Source: Eledone cirrhosa
Lineage: Eukaryota
Direction of reading: 5' to 3'
Assembly: GCA_964016885.1 (NCBI GenBank)
Contig: OZ024754.1
Span: 38,254,001 to 38,318,000, forward strand
DNA: 64,000 bases
The notes beneath the pieces were generated by a model that was not told the DNA's origin, searched no databases, and saw only the letters and a program-made list of their open reading frames with translations. Below, one piece after another: positions 14,580-29,314 of this stretch. Position 1 is the stretch's first letter; every line of letters starts with the position of its first letter. Made by a program: the position numbers and the translations under genes.

Positions 14580-15750
14580 TGCAGACAAAAGCTCATGAGA
14601 GAGAGAATGACCCAGTTACCACTGGCCATTGAAATTCCTTGACTGATGGCTGCCATCCTCGCCGACATCGAAGAAAACATAAAAGCCATCCAGGTCATGA
14701 AAATCAAACAAAAGAACTGGTCTGGTTCTGGAATGGAGCTCTTGATCCAAGCGGACCAGAAAAACATCCAGGAGATTCCAGAGGTGATAGACCTTGATGA
14801 CTGCAGCCACCTCACCGTAATCGTTGAAGGTAGAAGGCCAAGGTGGATCATTTGTGGTGATGGAACCCACCTAAAGGCTTCTGCCCTCAGGGGATGGCCA
14901 AAAAATTAAGTCCAACTCTCCTGCCTAGCTCACAGGCTCAACCAGCAAAAACAGCAGCAGCTGTGGTAGAAAGACCACCAACTCCACCGCCACCTACCAT
15001 GCCAGATATATCACTAGTGCCACCACCATCCACCACGCCACAACCAACACCAACGCCTATGGAGGACATTCCACTCCCCGACCTCTCACAACTTGAGATG
15101 GATTAGGACGAGGAGGAGGGGTGGAAGATTGTATCTGTAAAAAAAAAGAAACAGAAAAGAAAGAACCCCCTTCCTTCGCCCTCCAAAGAAATAGAGGGCA
15201 AAACAAAAAAAAAAAAGAAAGTTAAGACAGCGACACCACCACCACCACCCACACCAGCATCACCAGCCCCATCGCCACCAACACCAACACCATCACCATC
15301 ATCACCCCCAACACCAACACCATCAACACCACAAAAACACCAACAACAAGCGAAACAGAAACAGAAACAAACCCACAAGAACAACTACAACAAATGCAAA
15401 CAAAACAAAGCAACCGAACCGAAATACTACACAGTATTAAACATGAACAACAACCAATTATTACACTACATCCAACACAACACCAGCACCACTGACAAAA
15501 ACTACACAACACCCCCAAAATTCACACCACCCACACGCATACAAATCACACATATCTCACAAAAAACATACTTACCCCTAAAAGAAAAATTCCCTAAGGA
15601 CATCGAAGATTTCCGGCAAACACTTTCCAGGAAGATATATAAAGACATCCTTCCGGAGAGGGCCACAAATGGTCAGAAGGATGGAAAAACCGTCCTTCCT
15701 CAACAAGAACTGAGGCAAGTGGTCTTTCCCACCTTTTCCCAATCTTTACC
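14580..15750 (+). mobile_element. Degenerate LINE ORF1 (Gag-like) remnant
   Basis: VIVEGRRPRWIICGDGTHLKAS reads as a decayed CCHC knuckle. It is followed by Pro-rich and GWKIVSVKKKK segments with stops and frameshifts. Confidence 0.5.
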
Positions 15751-15758
15751 AATATGTA

Positions 15759-15806
<48 letters not shown>

Positions 15807-15854
15807 TATATATATTATATATATTAAATATATATATTATATATATATATTATA

Positions 15855-15941
<87 letters not shown>

Positions 15942-16120
15942 AGGTGAGTTTTATTGTAGTACAATAAAGCAATGCAGATATCGGATAAGTAGCACTCTAC
16001 AGTTTGTAGGACTGGAGTATAAATAATATATAAGATCAAAAGATGGTTAAAAAGGTATGATATGTTGATTTAAAACTGCACTATTCACAAGTGTTTTTTA
16101 ACCTTCATATCATGTCTCCC

Positions 16121-16191
16121 TATTTTATCTGACGAAAACGCAAATGTTATTGTATGATGATATTTGTTTTTGAAATGCGCATAATAAAATA
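16121..16191 (+). ncRNA. Type I hammerhead ribozyme motif, family B
   Basis: tattttat CTGACGA aaacgcaaatgttat...atgatatttgttttt GAAA tgcgca TA ataaaata. 8-bp stem I and palindromic stem III ATGCGCAT. Lies inside element ~15940-16225 flanked by (TA)n. Confidence 0.8.
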
Positions 16192-16305
16192 CATGGAACT
16201 CTTTTAACCATCTTTTGATCTTATATATTATATATATATATACATAAGGGCGGTGCCCCAGCATGGCCTCAGCCGGATGGCTGAAACAGGTAAAAGAGTA
16301 AAAGA

Positions 16306-16364
<59 letters not shown>

Positions 16365-16663
16365 AATAAGGGCGCTGCGGAGTTGCAAATGGGTTACATA
16401 TGAAAAAAGTTTGTCCTTCATCAGTGATCTTCCAACTATCATAGGCATTTCATCGCTTTAAAGACCATATACCTCCGGTTGGTGCGAGCAACGGCTAAAA
16501 AAAGTCGTTGGGACACGTAAATAAAGGGGACGCGAGGGTAAACAAACAAAATGGTGAAGCAACAGAAAGTGAGGAAGAAGGAGACAAGTCCCAGATTTCT
16601 ATGAATTTAAGTTGGGTGAAATCGTGAACGAGAGAATAAAGACCATCAAACCTGGTTGAAATG

Positions 16664-16720
<57 letters not shown>

Positions 16721-17266
16721 GGGGGGGGCATAACCAGGTGGTCAATTGGCAAAATTCTTTGTTGTATTCATTCTGGCTCTCTGCACTTTCTAAGTTCAAA
16801 TCCCACTGAGGTCAACTTTGCCCTTCATCCTTTCATGGTCAATAAAATAAGTACCAGTCCAATACTAGGGTTGATTTATCCTCTATATCTCTTTCTCACA
16901 TCCTCTTTTTCTCGCCCCCCCCCTCTCTCTCTCTCTCCCTCCCCCCTCTCACTCTTTCATCATCACTATCATCATCATCAACACTGTTACCACTATCACA
17001 CCACCATCATCAATATCAGTACCATCATCAACATCATCATCTTCATCATCATCTCTGCCACCACCACCACCACCACCATCACCACCACCACCACCACCAC
17101 CACCACCATCACTACCATCATCGTCGTCACCATCACCACCTTCATGTTCATTTTCATCTTCATCTTCATCTTCATCATCTCTACCACCATGATGATGATG
17201 GTGATGATGATAACACTAGTGATCATGAGGGCGATGATGATGATGATAGTGATGATGACTAATATA

Positions 17267-17320
<54 letters not shown>

Positions 17321-17515
17321 AAATGATAGGAAACTTGTTTTGATGTTAGTACTTCCTTGTTCTTGTTGACAGCTGCCCAACCTAGAATGATGTGATACTG
17401 TGCAATAACACCATTCCATTGTTGTTTGTTCATAGTTTGTAACCGAGATTTACAAACTCCAAAATTTGAGCAATTTGCTGGTTGTAGATTGTGAGTTGGA
17501 GATTCGTGTTTTTAT

Positions 17516-18353
17516 CAGTTGTCATACACTTTGTTTTAGAGATATTGATGCATAAGTCAGCGAATGTTTGGCCAGTATTCAGTTGTCGTACACTTTGTTT
17601 TAGAGATATTGATGCATAAGTCAGCGAATGTTTGGCCAGTATTCAGTTGTCGTACACTTTGTTTTAGAGATATTGATGCATAAGTCAGCGAATGTTTGGC
17701 CAGTATTCAGTTGTCGTACACTTTGTTTTAGAGATATTGATGCATAAGTCAGCGAATGTTTGGCCAGTATTCAGTTGTCGTACACTTTGTTTTAGAGATA
17801 TTGATGCATAAGTCAGCGAATGTTTGGCCAGTATTCAGTTGTCATACACTTTGTTTTAGAGATATTGATGCATAAGTCAGTGAATGTTTGGCCAGTATTC
17901 AGTTGTCGTACACTTTGTTTTAGAGATATTGATGCATAAGTCAGCGAATGTTTGGCCAGTATTCAGTTGTCGTACACTTTGTTTTAGAGATATTGATGCA
18001 TAAGTCAGTGAATGTTTGGCCAGTATTCAGTTGTCGTACACTTTGTTTTAGAGATATTGATGCATAAGTCAGCGAATGTTTGGCCAGTATTCAGTTGTCG
18101 TACACTTTGTTTTAGAGATATTGATGCATAAGTCAGCGAATGTTTGGCCAGTATTCAGTTGTCGTACACTTTGTTTTAGAGATATTGATGCATAAGTCAG
18201 CGAATGTTTGGCCAGTATTCAGTTGTCATACACTTTGTTTTAGAGATATTGATGCATAAGTCAGCGAATGTTTGGCCAGTATTCAGTTGTCGTACACTTT
18301 GTTTTAGAGATATTGATGCATAAGTCAGTGAATGTTTGGCCAGTATTCAGTTG
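17516..18353. repeat. 64-bp tandem minisatellite, ~13 copies
   Basis: Unit TACACTTTGTTTTAGAGATATTGATGCATAAGTCAGCGAATGTTTGGCCAGTATTCAGTTGTCG recurs at 17525, 17589, 17653 and onward. Confidence 0.95.
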
Positions 18354-18760
18354 TGTTATATGGTCTTGACTGTGTTAATTGGACGACAAGGTCACTTCAG
18401 AAGCTCTCTACATTCCAGAACCACATCATGAGACTTATGACTGGCAAGCAGCTCAGCGACCATATCTGTATCAGTGAGCTGCTCAACATTACCAGACTTA
18501 GACCAATTACATCAATTGTCAAGTCAGGAGTACTCAAACTATACGGTCATATAAATAGATCAACTCGTGGTGTAAGTAGGTTATGCCTGGAAGGAAGGTT
18601 GGCTGATAAGAGAACAAAGGCCAGCAGTCAAAACGATGGCTTGATAATGTCAAATTATGGGCTGGACTTGATCTTTGTTCTTTAAACTCTGCTGTTGGTG
18701 ATCGAACTTTGTGGAGAAAAATATCTCATGTTGATGCACAGTCTGCAACTGGTGGGGTTT
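18345..18760 (+). mobile_element. RTE-like LINE 3' fragment
   Basis: VVLYGLDCVNW...LKLYGHINR...CLEGR motifs. Confidence 0.7.
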
Positions 18761-19759
18761 AGCGTCAAAGTAGTATAGTGAAAAAAGTGTGGATGTTAGA
18801 AAACGTTCTATACAGATCAAGTTATATAAGGAAAATGATTAAAAAAGAAAAGGGTTTGAAAAGCCCACCTGGTATATATATATAAAAAGGATCTTTATAT
18901 CATGTACAAAAATTGAGACTAAAAATTGATGTTAGCAAAGCTTGTTTTCTCCGTTTTGGATCATCAAAACATTTGTTATTAGTTTCAATTGCTCTTTCGT
19001 TAAAACTCTTGCATGCTGATTCTCGACCACATTGGTTTTCAATATATATATATATATAACAAAAATAACAAAACAAATAGTGCAGTACATGGAAGAAATA
19101 TATATACATATACATATGTATATTCATGGGTGAAACTCTGTGTGTGTTTGAATGAATGTATGTTTGTGTGTGTTTTTTATAAGTGTATGTTTGTGTGAGT
19201 GTATATCTATATTCTCATACCGTTAAATTAGCAGTTAATACATTTGCTTTTATTTGGTTAGTTTATACTGCATACAAAAATAGAGATTAATATCTATTTC
19301 TTTTGGATGTTGATTCTTATTTCTTTACAATATTGAAAAAAAAAATGTCTTTATTCTAAAAATTCCTCTCATACCTATGGCTGTTCTATTTGAATTTAAG
19401 AGGCTTCAGTTTCCAGTCAAACTAAGTTTTGTTATTTCAATTAACAAATCTCAAGTTCAATCCCTCAAGCTAGTTGGGCTTCATCTCTCTACTACATGTT
19501 TCTCCCATGGTCAACTCTATATTGGTTATTCATGAGTTGGAAGCAGCAACAATTTATTCATTTGGACACCAACAAAAAAATTACACAATGAATATTGTTT
19601 ACCCTGAGATGCTTCAAGATTGACAGATTTTCATTTCTAAATTCTATTATCATTACAATTTTGATATTTTTTTAATAAAATATAGATATTTTGAAATAAT
19701 TATGAGAAAAAATATATATCTTCATATTCATTGTTTACTAATCTGAATAAGAACATCAG

Positions 19760-19790
19760 TAACCCTGGCAACGCCGGTTCATTCAGCTAG
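19760..19790 (+). mobile_element. Helitron-like 3' terminus
   Basis: Subterminal GC hairpin CCCTGGCAACGCCGGT, then CTAG followed by T. Confidence 0.5.
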
Positions 19791-19918
19791 TATATATAAA
19801 AATATTTAATATAGAAAGGCTTCTACAGGACTAGAACTGTTTCATTCGGGAGAAATCATCGGGAAGTATTGAGTACCTTACTTACTGTGGTTACCCCCGA
19901 TTGAACCCAGGATATAAA

Positions 19919-19988
<70 letters not shown>

Positions 19989-20052
19989 CAATGAAAAAGA
20001 GTTAGTTCGTTTAGAATCATCTGACTTTTATATAACAGATGTCAAAGCACTC

Positions 20053-20083
<31 letters not shown>

Positions 20084-20689
20084 GCAACAGCAACAACAAC
20101 GACGACAACAACAACAACAACACCATAACTAAACTAATGGTGGCTATAAAGTTAACTAAGTGATCAGCCTCAAGGAAAATCATTCAACTGTAACATTGTG
20201 CTGGCTTTTATGGAACAATTACACTTTATTCCAGCCTCCATTACACTTACAGCATCAGTTATGTATTATATACTATATACACCCACTTTTTGATGAACTG
20301 TATGTACATACATGTAGAAGACTAAATATGTCTGCCTGAGACTATATATTGTATATGTATTGTATGTATGTCGTGTGTATATTAGTGTGTGTTTGTCTGT
20401 GGTGTGTGTGAGGTGTGTGGTGTGTGTGTCAAATCATATAGGTATTGTTGCTTGTGCAGTTATATATGTGTATATATATATATATGTATTGGTACCTCTA
20501 TTCTTTTAAATATATATATATGTATATATATATATGGGGTCCCTATTATTCCACTGCAAAGTGGTCGTGGAGGAGCCATGTAAAAAAAAAAGCACCCAGC
20601 TCACACTGTAAAGTGAACGTGGAGGTGCTACGGAAAAAAAGCACCCAGCACTCACTGTAAATGAGGTTGGTGTTAGGAAGGGCATACAG

Positions 20690-21595
20690 CAAGACATTCA
20701 GAGTATGGTAGATGCCTGATGGAGGGTATTCATTTGGTTGCACATCTCTGAACAGTTTTCAGGAGATCAATATTTTGAGCAAGATAGGGGTTCCAAACTG
20801 GTAATGCATATTCTAAGTATGGATATGCCATAGCTATATACAGCTTTAAATAGATAGCTGGAGAGCAGCTGAAAAGGTCTTAATGAGACACTCTTGGCCT
20901 TCTTAACAATTTTGGGGATATGCTTTCATCATCACCGTTTTACGTCCGTTCTTCCACGCTAGCATGGGTTAGATGGGTTGTCCTGATGTGGGCAGTGTCC
21001 GGTTGGCTGACCATGCCTTGCTCATATGGGAACTGATTCTGGCTTGATTTCTACAGCTGTATGCCCTTCCTAACACCAACCTCATTTACAATGAGTGCTG
21101 GGTGGTTTTTTTCCATGGCACCTTCATGACCACTTTACAGTGTGGACTGGGTGCTTTTTTGCCGTGGCACCTCCACGACCACTTTGCAGTGGTAGGGTGT
21201 GGGGGCATATTGTCTATATGCTTCAGCTTTGGCTTGTACCCGTGGTGGTGGTGGGGGGTGGGGGGGGACTTCTGTATTACTGCGTGAGTCCAATGCAAAT
21301 CGCTGTTGACAATAATGCCCAGATAATGTTCTCCACAACACCAATCATTTATTGAGATTGATGTTGTGGAGAGAGCATGTGAACATTGGGTTTTTCTTCC
21401 CAAAATGCATGGTGGTACACTTGACCACAGCCAGCTTGAGTTGCCAGTCCATAACCCATTGCTGCATTCTGTCCAGATCTGATTGCAGGAAAGATCAATA
21501 GCACACAGAATCTGACCTTTTTATCTCAAGGCACAGCTTAATGTCATCTGTGTATTTCAGCATTGTGGCATTATTTAAGTTGGCATCTGGCATTA
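20690..21595 (-). mobile_element. CR1/L2-type LINE fragment interrupted by an RTE 3'-tail insertion (~20925-21270)
   Basis: Minus-strand translation gives WQLKLAVVKCTTMHFGRK, LGIIVNSDLHW and ILEYALPVWNPYLAQNIDLLKTVQRCATK. Confidence 0.75.
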
Positions 21596-22066
21596 TTTAA
21601 GTTGGTGGATTGGCAGTATCGGTAGAGGGTCGGACGCCATGCTTTCCAGCATGGTTACGTCCCTTTACGATCTGAGTTCAAATCCCGCCGAGGTTGACTT
21701 TGCCTTTCATCCTTACGGGGTCGATAAAATAAAGTACCAGTAATGCACTGGGTAATTGCTGGCCTTGTGCCTAAAGTAGAAACAATTATTTAAGTTGGCA
21801 TCTGGCATTATTTAAGTTGGCATCTGTCATTAATATATGCAACAAATAAAAGGAGACTAAGAACAGATCACTGTGATACACCAGATGGCATACGGTGAAA
21901 AATGCTGTCCCAGAACTGTGATTACCTTTTTTTTAATTTACAGGAAAATTTGTATTTCTGGCATATTTAAACGTCGGTATATTAAAAATATGTGTATTTA
22001 TATACACTTTGGTGCAGTCTCAGTAACCCACTCTGTATATGTATAGATATAAATCTATTGTACACA

Positions 22067-23450
22067 GGTGTGTGTGTGTATGTCCATGTGTATCTATGTG
22101 TGTATATGTATATATGTGTATCTGTGTGTGTATGTATATATGTGTATCTCTATATGTCCATGTGTATCTGTGTGTGTATGTATATATGTGTATCTCTGTA
22201 TGTATATGTCTATGTGTGTATCTGTGTGTGTATGTATATATGTGTATCTCTGTATGTATATGTCTATGTGTATCTGTGTGTGTATGTATATATGTGTATC
22301 TCTGTATGTATATGTCTATGTGTGTATCTGTGTGTGTATGTATATATGTGTATCTCTATATGTCCATGTGTGTCTGTTTGTGTATGTATATGTCCATGTG
22401 TATCTGTGTGTGTATGTATATATGTGTATCTCTATATGTCCATGTGTATCTGTGTGTGTATGTATATATGTGTATCTCTGTATGTATATGTCTATGTGTG
22501 TATCTGTGTGTGTATGTATATATGTGTATCTCTATATGTCCATGTGTATCTGTTTGTGTATGTATATATGTGTATCTCTGTATGTATATGTCTATGTGTA
22601 TCTGTGTGTGTATGTATATATGTGTATCTCTGTATCTATATGTCCATGTGTGTCTGTGTGTGTATGTATATATGTGTATCTCTATATGTCCATGTGTATC
22701 TGTGTGTGTATGTATATATGTGTATCTCTGTATGTATATGTCCATGTGTGTATCTGTGTGTGTATGTATATATGTGTATCTCTGTATGTATATGTCTATG
22801 TGTATCTGTGTGTGTATGTATATATGTGTATCTCTGTATCTATATGTCCATGTGTGTCTGTGTGTGTATGTATATATGTGTATCTCTATATGTCCATGTG
22901 TGTCTGTGTGTGTATGTATATATGTGTATCTCTGTATGTATATGTCCATGTGTGTCTGTGTGTGTATGTCCATGTGTATCTATGTGTGTATATGTATATA
23001 TGTGTATCTGTGTGTGTATGTATATATGTGTATGAAACAAATCAAAGCTGGCAGTAAATCAAACATATTGATAACATGCATTTTCATGGATACTGAGCAC
23101 AAGCAAATGTATTATCAACCTATTCACAAACACACATACACATACATACACATACATACATACATACACACATACACACACATACACACATACACATACA
23201 TATACATACATACACACATACACACACACACATACACATACATATACATACATACATACATACACACATACACACACATACATACACACATACACACACA
23301 AACACACATACACATACATACACATACATACATACATACACACATACACACACATACACACATACACATACATATACATACATACACACATACACACACA
23401 TACACATACATATACATATACATACATACACACACACATACAGACACAGA
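22067..23450. repeat. Compound (TG/TA) then (CA/TA) micro/minisatellite
   Basis: Low-complexity sequence. It is the source of the long spurious VCMY/HTY ORFs. Confidence 0.95.
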
Positions 23451-24232
23451 CAGAACAGTTTTCAGTATAAAAAAATAATATACATCCACCCATCTATACA
23501 CACGCACACACACATATACATATATATGTATATATAATATAATATAATATATATATATATATATCACACCGCCCCTTTCAATGTAAAGTTATGTTGGTCC
23601 CACAACATCCAGGCCGAAACAAATGAGATCGTGTAGGTGTCACGACAAAAAACACACAGTCCACGCTGTAAATGTGGCCGTGTAGGCAACACGGTAAAAA
23701 CCTCCCAGCCCCACACTGTAAATGTGGTTGGTGTTAGGAAGGGCATCCAGCTGTAGAAAACCCGCCAGACAGTCCACGCTGTAATGTGGCCGTGTAGGCA
23801 ACACGGTAAAAACCTCCCAGCCCCACACTGTAAATGTGGTTGGTGTTAGGAAGGGCATCCAACTGTAGAAAACCCGCCAGACAGTCCTATGCGAGCAAGA
23901 CAACCACTCTTGCCTCAAGTGGGAAAACCCCCGTCCAAACCCATGCAAGCGTGGAACACGGACGCTAAACCTGATGATGATGATGATGATGATGATGATA
24001 TTACACAATAATCAAAGCTATGTTCAAATCATTTTATTGCTGACAATCGTTGCTTCCAAACTATCGTTTGGAATCATCAGAGCAGTAGCAATGTTTGTAC
24101 ATATAATTAACCTCCTATTCCCTTGTAATCTCTGTCGCATGCATGAAGTTCTAGCTGCCTGATGAGGTCATAGCTGTTGAATAATGGTTATCATGTTATT
24201 CTACTGTTGACCATCTTATTCTTCACTCTTTC

Positions 24233-24278
<46 letters not shown>

Positions 24279-25148
24279 CGCCACCACATTTTGTCATGGC
24301 ACCATTTATATATAATATATATATATATATTATATAAATGGTGCCATGACAAAAAGTGCTGGCATCACCAAAAAATGCTCTCAGTAGATGCTTGTAAAGT
24401 GGTTGGTATTATGAAGATCATCTCCCCCCACCCCCAAAAAACCCAGAACATATGAATAAGACACAGTCTCCTAGCATGTGCAACCTTAGTATGTGACAAC
24501 ACATCTAACCCACATAAGGATGGAAAATAGATGTTAAACAGTGATGATGATATAATATATGATATATGAAATTAGATATAAGACTAATGTTTTGGAGATG
24601 AAAGTTCTATCACTGGTCTTAACTTTAATCTGATCTGCTGATCTGTGTAGAAGGTGAAAAAGTCAAGATGTCAAATATGATAAAATGATTCTGACATTAC
24701 CCAGGCCCATAATACATATTTATATACAATGGCTTAGTGGTTAGAGCATTGGCCTTGCAATCGAAAGGTTGTGAGTTCAATTCTCAGACCGGGTGATGTG
24801 TTGTTTCCTTGAGCAAGAGACTTTATTTCACATTGCTCCAGTTTACTCAGCTGTAGAAATGAGATGATAGGGACTGGGGTCTCTATCATTCCACTGCAAA
24901 GTGGTCGTGGAGGTGCCACGGCAAAAAAGCACCCAGCACTCACTGTAAATGAGGTTGGTGTTAGGAAGGGCATCCAGCTGTAGAAATCAAGCCAGAATCA
25001 GTTCCCGTCCCACCCTTGCAAGCAGGGAAAAACGGACGTAAAATGAAATGATGATGATGATGATGATGTGTGGAAGATGGAAGTTAAACGATGATGATGT
25101 ATGATGATATATATTATATATATGTATATATATATGTATATATATATG

Positions 25149-25193
<45 letters not shown>

Positions 25194-25288
25194 CGGCGAT
25201 GAATTAGTTTTGCGAGGTTTTTGATATGAGTGTGTTCTGTTATTAATTCTGGCAATATTATTACACAAATATGACCCTCCCCAAGTAT

Positions 25289-25326
<38 letters not shown>

Positions 25327-25763
25327 TCATCATCATCATCATTTTACGTCCGCTTTTCCCTGCTTGCAAGGGTGGGACGGGAACTGATTCTGGCTAGATT
25401 TCTACAGCTGGATGCCCTTCCTAACACCAACCTCATTTACTGTGTGGGTTGGGTGCTTTTTTGCCGTGGCACCTCCACGACCACTTTGCAGTGGAATGAT
25501 AGGGACCCCAGTCCTATCATCTCATTTCTACAGCTGAGTAAACTGGAGCAATGTGAAATAAAGTGTCTTGCTCAAGGAAACAACACATCACCCGGTCTGA
25601 GAATTTAACTCACAACCTTTCGATTGCAAGGCCAATGCTCTAACCACTAAGCCATGTGCCTCCATCAGATATATATATATATATATTGCGAAGAATGAAC
25701 TCTGACGTGAACTTATCTCCAAAAACACTTTCCGGGCCATGTAAGGAACACTTTTTAGTTATT

Positions 25764-25805
25764 TATGCCCTTGAGAAGCCCATCCGGGCAAAACGTACGT
25801 AGGTG
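25764..25805 (+). ncRNA. Degenerate hammerhead-like motif, family E (G12A)
   Basis: tgccc TTGAGAA gcccatccgggc AAAA cgtacg TA ggtg. Homologous to the intact copy at 56207-56251(-). Confidence 0.4.
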
Positions 25806-26062
25806 CTGTTTTAAATAAACATGTTGTAACGGTCTGTTCTCACATTTCTTATTTTTCCATGTATATATATATATATATATATATATAACGAAGGAAGTGT
25901 GGTAAGGAACCAGATGGACCATTATGCACCAGAGTACTCAATAGTTAGGGTAGCAGAGTGGGTATTAGGAAAAAGTTTAACCCCAACGACAGAGCTCAAG
26001 CAGCTTTGACGGCTATTTCTGGGAAAATTTTTCCCTATATATATATATATATATATACATAC

Positions 26063-26097
<35 letters not shown>

Positions 26098-26106
26098 CAT
26101 ATATAT

Positions 26107-26265
<159 letters not shown>

Positions 26266-26292
26266 ACACATATATATACATACATATATATG

Positions 26293-26534
26293 TTATTCCG
26301 GGTTGAATCGGAGGTAACCACAGTAAGTAAGGTACTCAATACATAGCAGAGTATAACAGTTTTAATATAGATGAGATTCTACAGGACTAGAACTGTTTCA
26401 TTCATTAGAAATCATCAGGAATCTGGGTATCAAAAAATAAATAACTATATTTATTTTTTGATACCCAGATTCCTGATGATTTCTAATGAATGAAACAGTT
26501 CTAGTCCTGTAGAATCTCATCTATATTAAAACTA
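26293..26534. mobile_element. Fold-back element family A with two hammerheads (26374-26424 - and 26467-26517 +)
   Basis: Inverted repeat ~26358-26534. Plus copy agattc CTGATGA t-ttc-taat-gaa-t GAAA cag-ttctagtc-ctg TA gaatct. Flanked by (TA)n. Confidence 0.85.
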
Positions 26535-26539
26535 CATAC

Positions 26540-26586
<47 letters not shown>

Positions 26587-26829
26587 CATATATACACATA
26601 TATAAAAAGATAAATATCCCATAACTCCTTATGGAGTCATAGATGCAGTACCATACGGTGTGTCTAGAGCACTTTTACATTTTTGTTAAGAAAACATAAA
26701 CAAGTCTAATACTCTAACATGACCACATTAAAAACCTCCGGTGTGACTCTGACTCAAGACCCCTTGTTTACAAGACCAGTACTTTAACCACTGAGCTATG
26801 GGACTATATATAGTAACTCTAGATAATAA

Positions 26830-27268
26830 TAATAATAATGAAATTATTGTGTACAGTGCTCAGGTGCACTACCACTCATCAAAGGTGCATGTATAGTACA
26901 TAGAATAAGGTACAAATGTCAGGAAAATGAACAGTGTACGAGTCATGATATAATAACAATAACAATAATGAAATATTGTGTACAGTGCCCAGGTGCACCA
27001 CAACTCATCAAAAAAAGTGCATGTACAGTACATAGGGCAATGCACAAACATCAGTAAAATGAACAGTGCACGAGTCATGATACACTCATGTGTGCATGTG
27101 CATGGAAGGGGTACATCAGGTGCAGTTTTGGCGTATTTCGGGAAGCATGAGTGTCTTAAAGGATGCAGTGTCTCGGCGGCTAACAACTGATGCAGGCAGT
27201 TTGTTCCATGCTTCAGCAACTCTGAGCGTGAAAAAATGTCTACGAAAGTCATGGGAGCTGTGCTGTTT
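26830..27268 (-). mobile_element. CR1-type LINE 3' end; related copy 28290-28545(+)
   Basis: RHFFTLRVAEAWNKLPASVV..DTASFK C-terminus plus (ATT)n tail. Confidence 0.75.
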
Positions 27269-27564
27269 TAGTAACATATGTTCCTTATACACCATATTCC
27301 TTATATACCATATCCCATTGCTTGGATGTTTATGCTATATGATTCAAAGGACACTGTCGAGTCAAATTCTCTGGTAAGTAGTTTTCTTGTTTAAGCATTC
27401 ATTCCTGAAATACATAAACAAACCCGTATCTACTTTTGTGTCCCAGGTACGTCAATACTCCTCCTTTTTTTCCATTCAGAAGTTTTTTAAAAAAATCCCA
27501 ACTAACAGACTAATTTTATTTAGTCAAATACAGCATAAGCATATGTTACTACCTAATATATATC

Positions 27565-27775
27565 AGGCGTGTGGCTGAGTGGTTAGAGAATTGGATTCAC
27601 AATCTTGAGGTTGTGAGTTCGATTCCTGGACCGGGCGATGCGTTATGTCCTTGTCCTTGAGCAAGACACTTTATTTCACGTTGCTCCTTCTACCTGGAGT
27701 TGCGACCGATAGATAGTACTAGCAACTGGAAAGACCAACGGAAACATTGTTTCCTCGGTCCGATTTGACGAAAGT
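27565..27775 (+). mobile_element. tRNA-derived CORE-like SINE family 3; copies at 59050-59253(-) and a fragment at ~36440-36550(-)
   Basis: TGGCTGAGTGGTTAGAG / GAGTTCGATTCC boxes, CCTTGAGCAAGACACTT core and a distinct tail. Confidence 0.75.
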
Positions 27776-27963
27776 TGATCGATTTAAAAAAAAAAAAAAA
27801 TATATATCAATGATATTAATAAATGGAAACTATATTTATAAAACCATAGTTTCCATTTATTAATATCATTGATATTATACTCCAGAAAACTTGTCGACTG
27901 CTTTTAATCAGTTATAAATATATATATATTTGTTGAATTACCAACAAATTAAATATCCCTTTG

Positions 27964-28000
<37 letters not shown>

Positions 28001-28157
28001 ATAATAATAAATTTGAAGACTAAAATCCAAAGAGGGCTCGATAAAGATAAATATATATCAAATATATAAGAACCGTAGAGCAAATAGTTATTAAAATAAC
28101 AGATTAAGGGTGAAAGCAGTGATTCTTTGCTTAAACTTTAATCTGTTATTTTAATAA

Positions 28158-28206
<49 letters not shown>

Positions 28207-29282
28207 GAGAGAGCAAACTGAGGATCCGAATAAGGTGGAACAATTGTTCTCGGTATGGTGAACTAACTGTTGTGGAACTACTTATATATCAGTTCCCATG
28301 ACTTTCGGAAACATTTTTTCACGCTCAGAGTTGCTGAAGCATGGAACAAACTACCTGCATCAGTTGTTAGCTGTCGAGACACTGCATCCTTTAAGGCCTC
28401 CATGCTTCCCGAGATCCGCCAACACTACAGCTAACACATACAAACATGTACTTCCCTGACATTTGTGTATTATTCTATGTACTATATTGACGAGTTGTAG
28501 TGCACCTGAGCACTTTACACAATAATTTAATTTCATTATTATATTATATATAACACTTTTGTTACCAACCAGGTCAAAATCAGTTCTGGTTTTATGAAAT
28601 AAAGTCACCCATTTTAAAGATTTCCAATTTAAATCAAAATCTTCCAACGTAATTTTATATAAGAACCCTTCATTAAATTGCTATCTTAGTAATGAAATAA
28701 TAATTTTACTAAAACCATTTCTGGTTTTATGAAATAAAGTTACACATTTTAAAGTTTTCCGATTTAAATTAAAATCTACCAAGTTTTATATAAAAACCTT
28801 ACATTAAGTTACTATCTGAGTAATGAAATAATTAATAATTCTAGTAAATCACTCAAATTTCTTCAGTAATTAATTAAAATAGAGTGTACTTCATTAGGAA
28901 TGTCGTCATGAAAGGGTTAAGAGGGGGAAATAATAAAAAAAAAAGAAAATAAAGAGAAAAGGTAAAGAAGAAAAACCAATTAAAAACTCAACTACAAACC
29001 ACTACAAGGGGGGGGGGTTACCCTCTAGTGATTTTTGAGATGAGGAAATTGTATGAGAGAAAGATGGGAGGGGGTGGGGTGGGATGAGAGAGAAAGAGGG
29101 GGTGAGAGAGGGAGAAAAGGAGGGAGAGAGAGAGAGAAAAAGAAAGGGGGAGGGAGAAATGGAGAGAGAGAGAGAGAGAGGAGGGAGGAAGAGAGAAAAA
29201 GAGAGAGAGAGAGAGAGAGAGAGGAAGCGAGAGAGAAGAGAGATGAAAGAAGGAGGGATAGAGAAAAAGAGAAAGAGAGAAG

Positions 29283-29314
<32 letters not shown>

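Noticed and set aside
16405-16470. Permuted (type II-like) hammerhead on the minus strand, GAAA...CTGATGA; similar layout at ~5445-5500
   Set aside because: Stem I is plausible, but stems II and III do not pair convincingly.
18928-18976. Degenerate hammerhead on the minus strand (TTGATGA tcc..gga GAAA)
   Set aside because: Two core positions are mismatched and there is no second copy in the window.
21992-23567. ORFs up to 479 aa rich in V/C/M/Y
   Set aside because: Dinucleotide microsatellite artefacts.
24150-24215. CTGATGA followed by a GGTCA/TGACC hairpin
   Set aside because: No GAAA or stem III follows. At best a truncated remnant.
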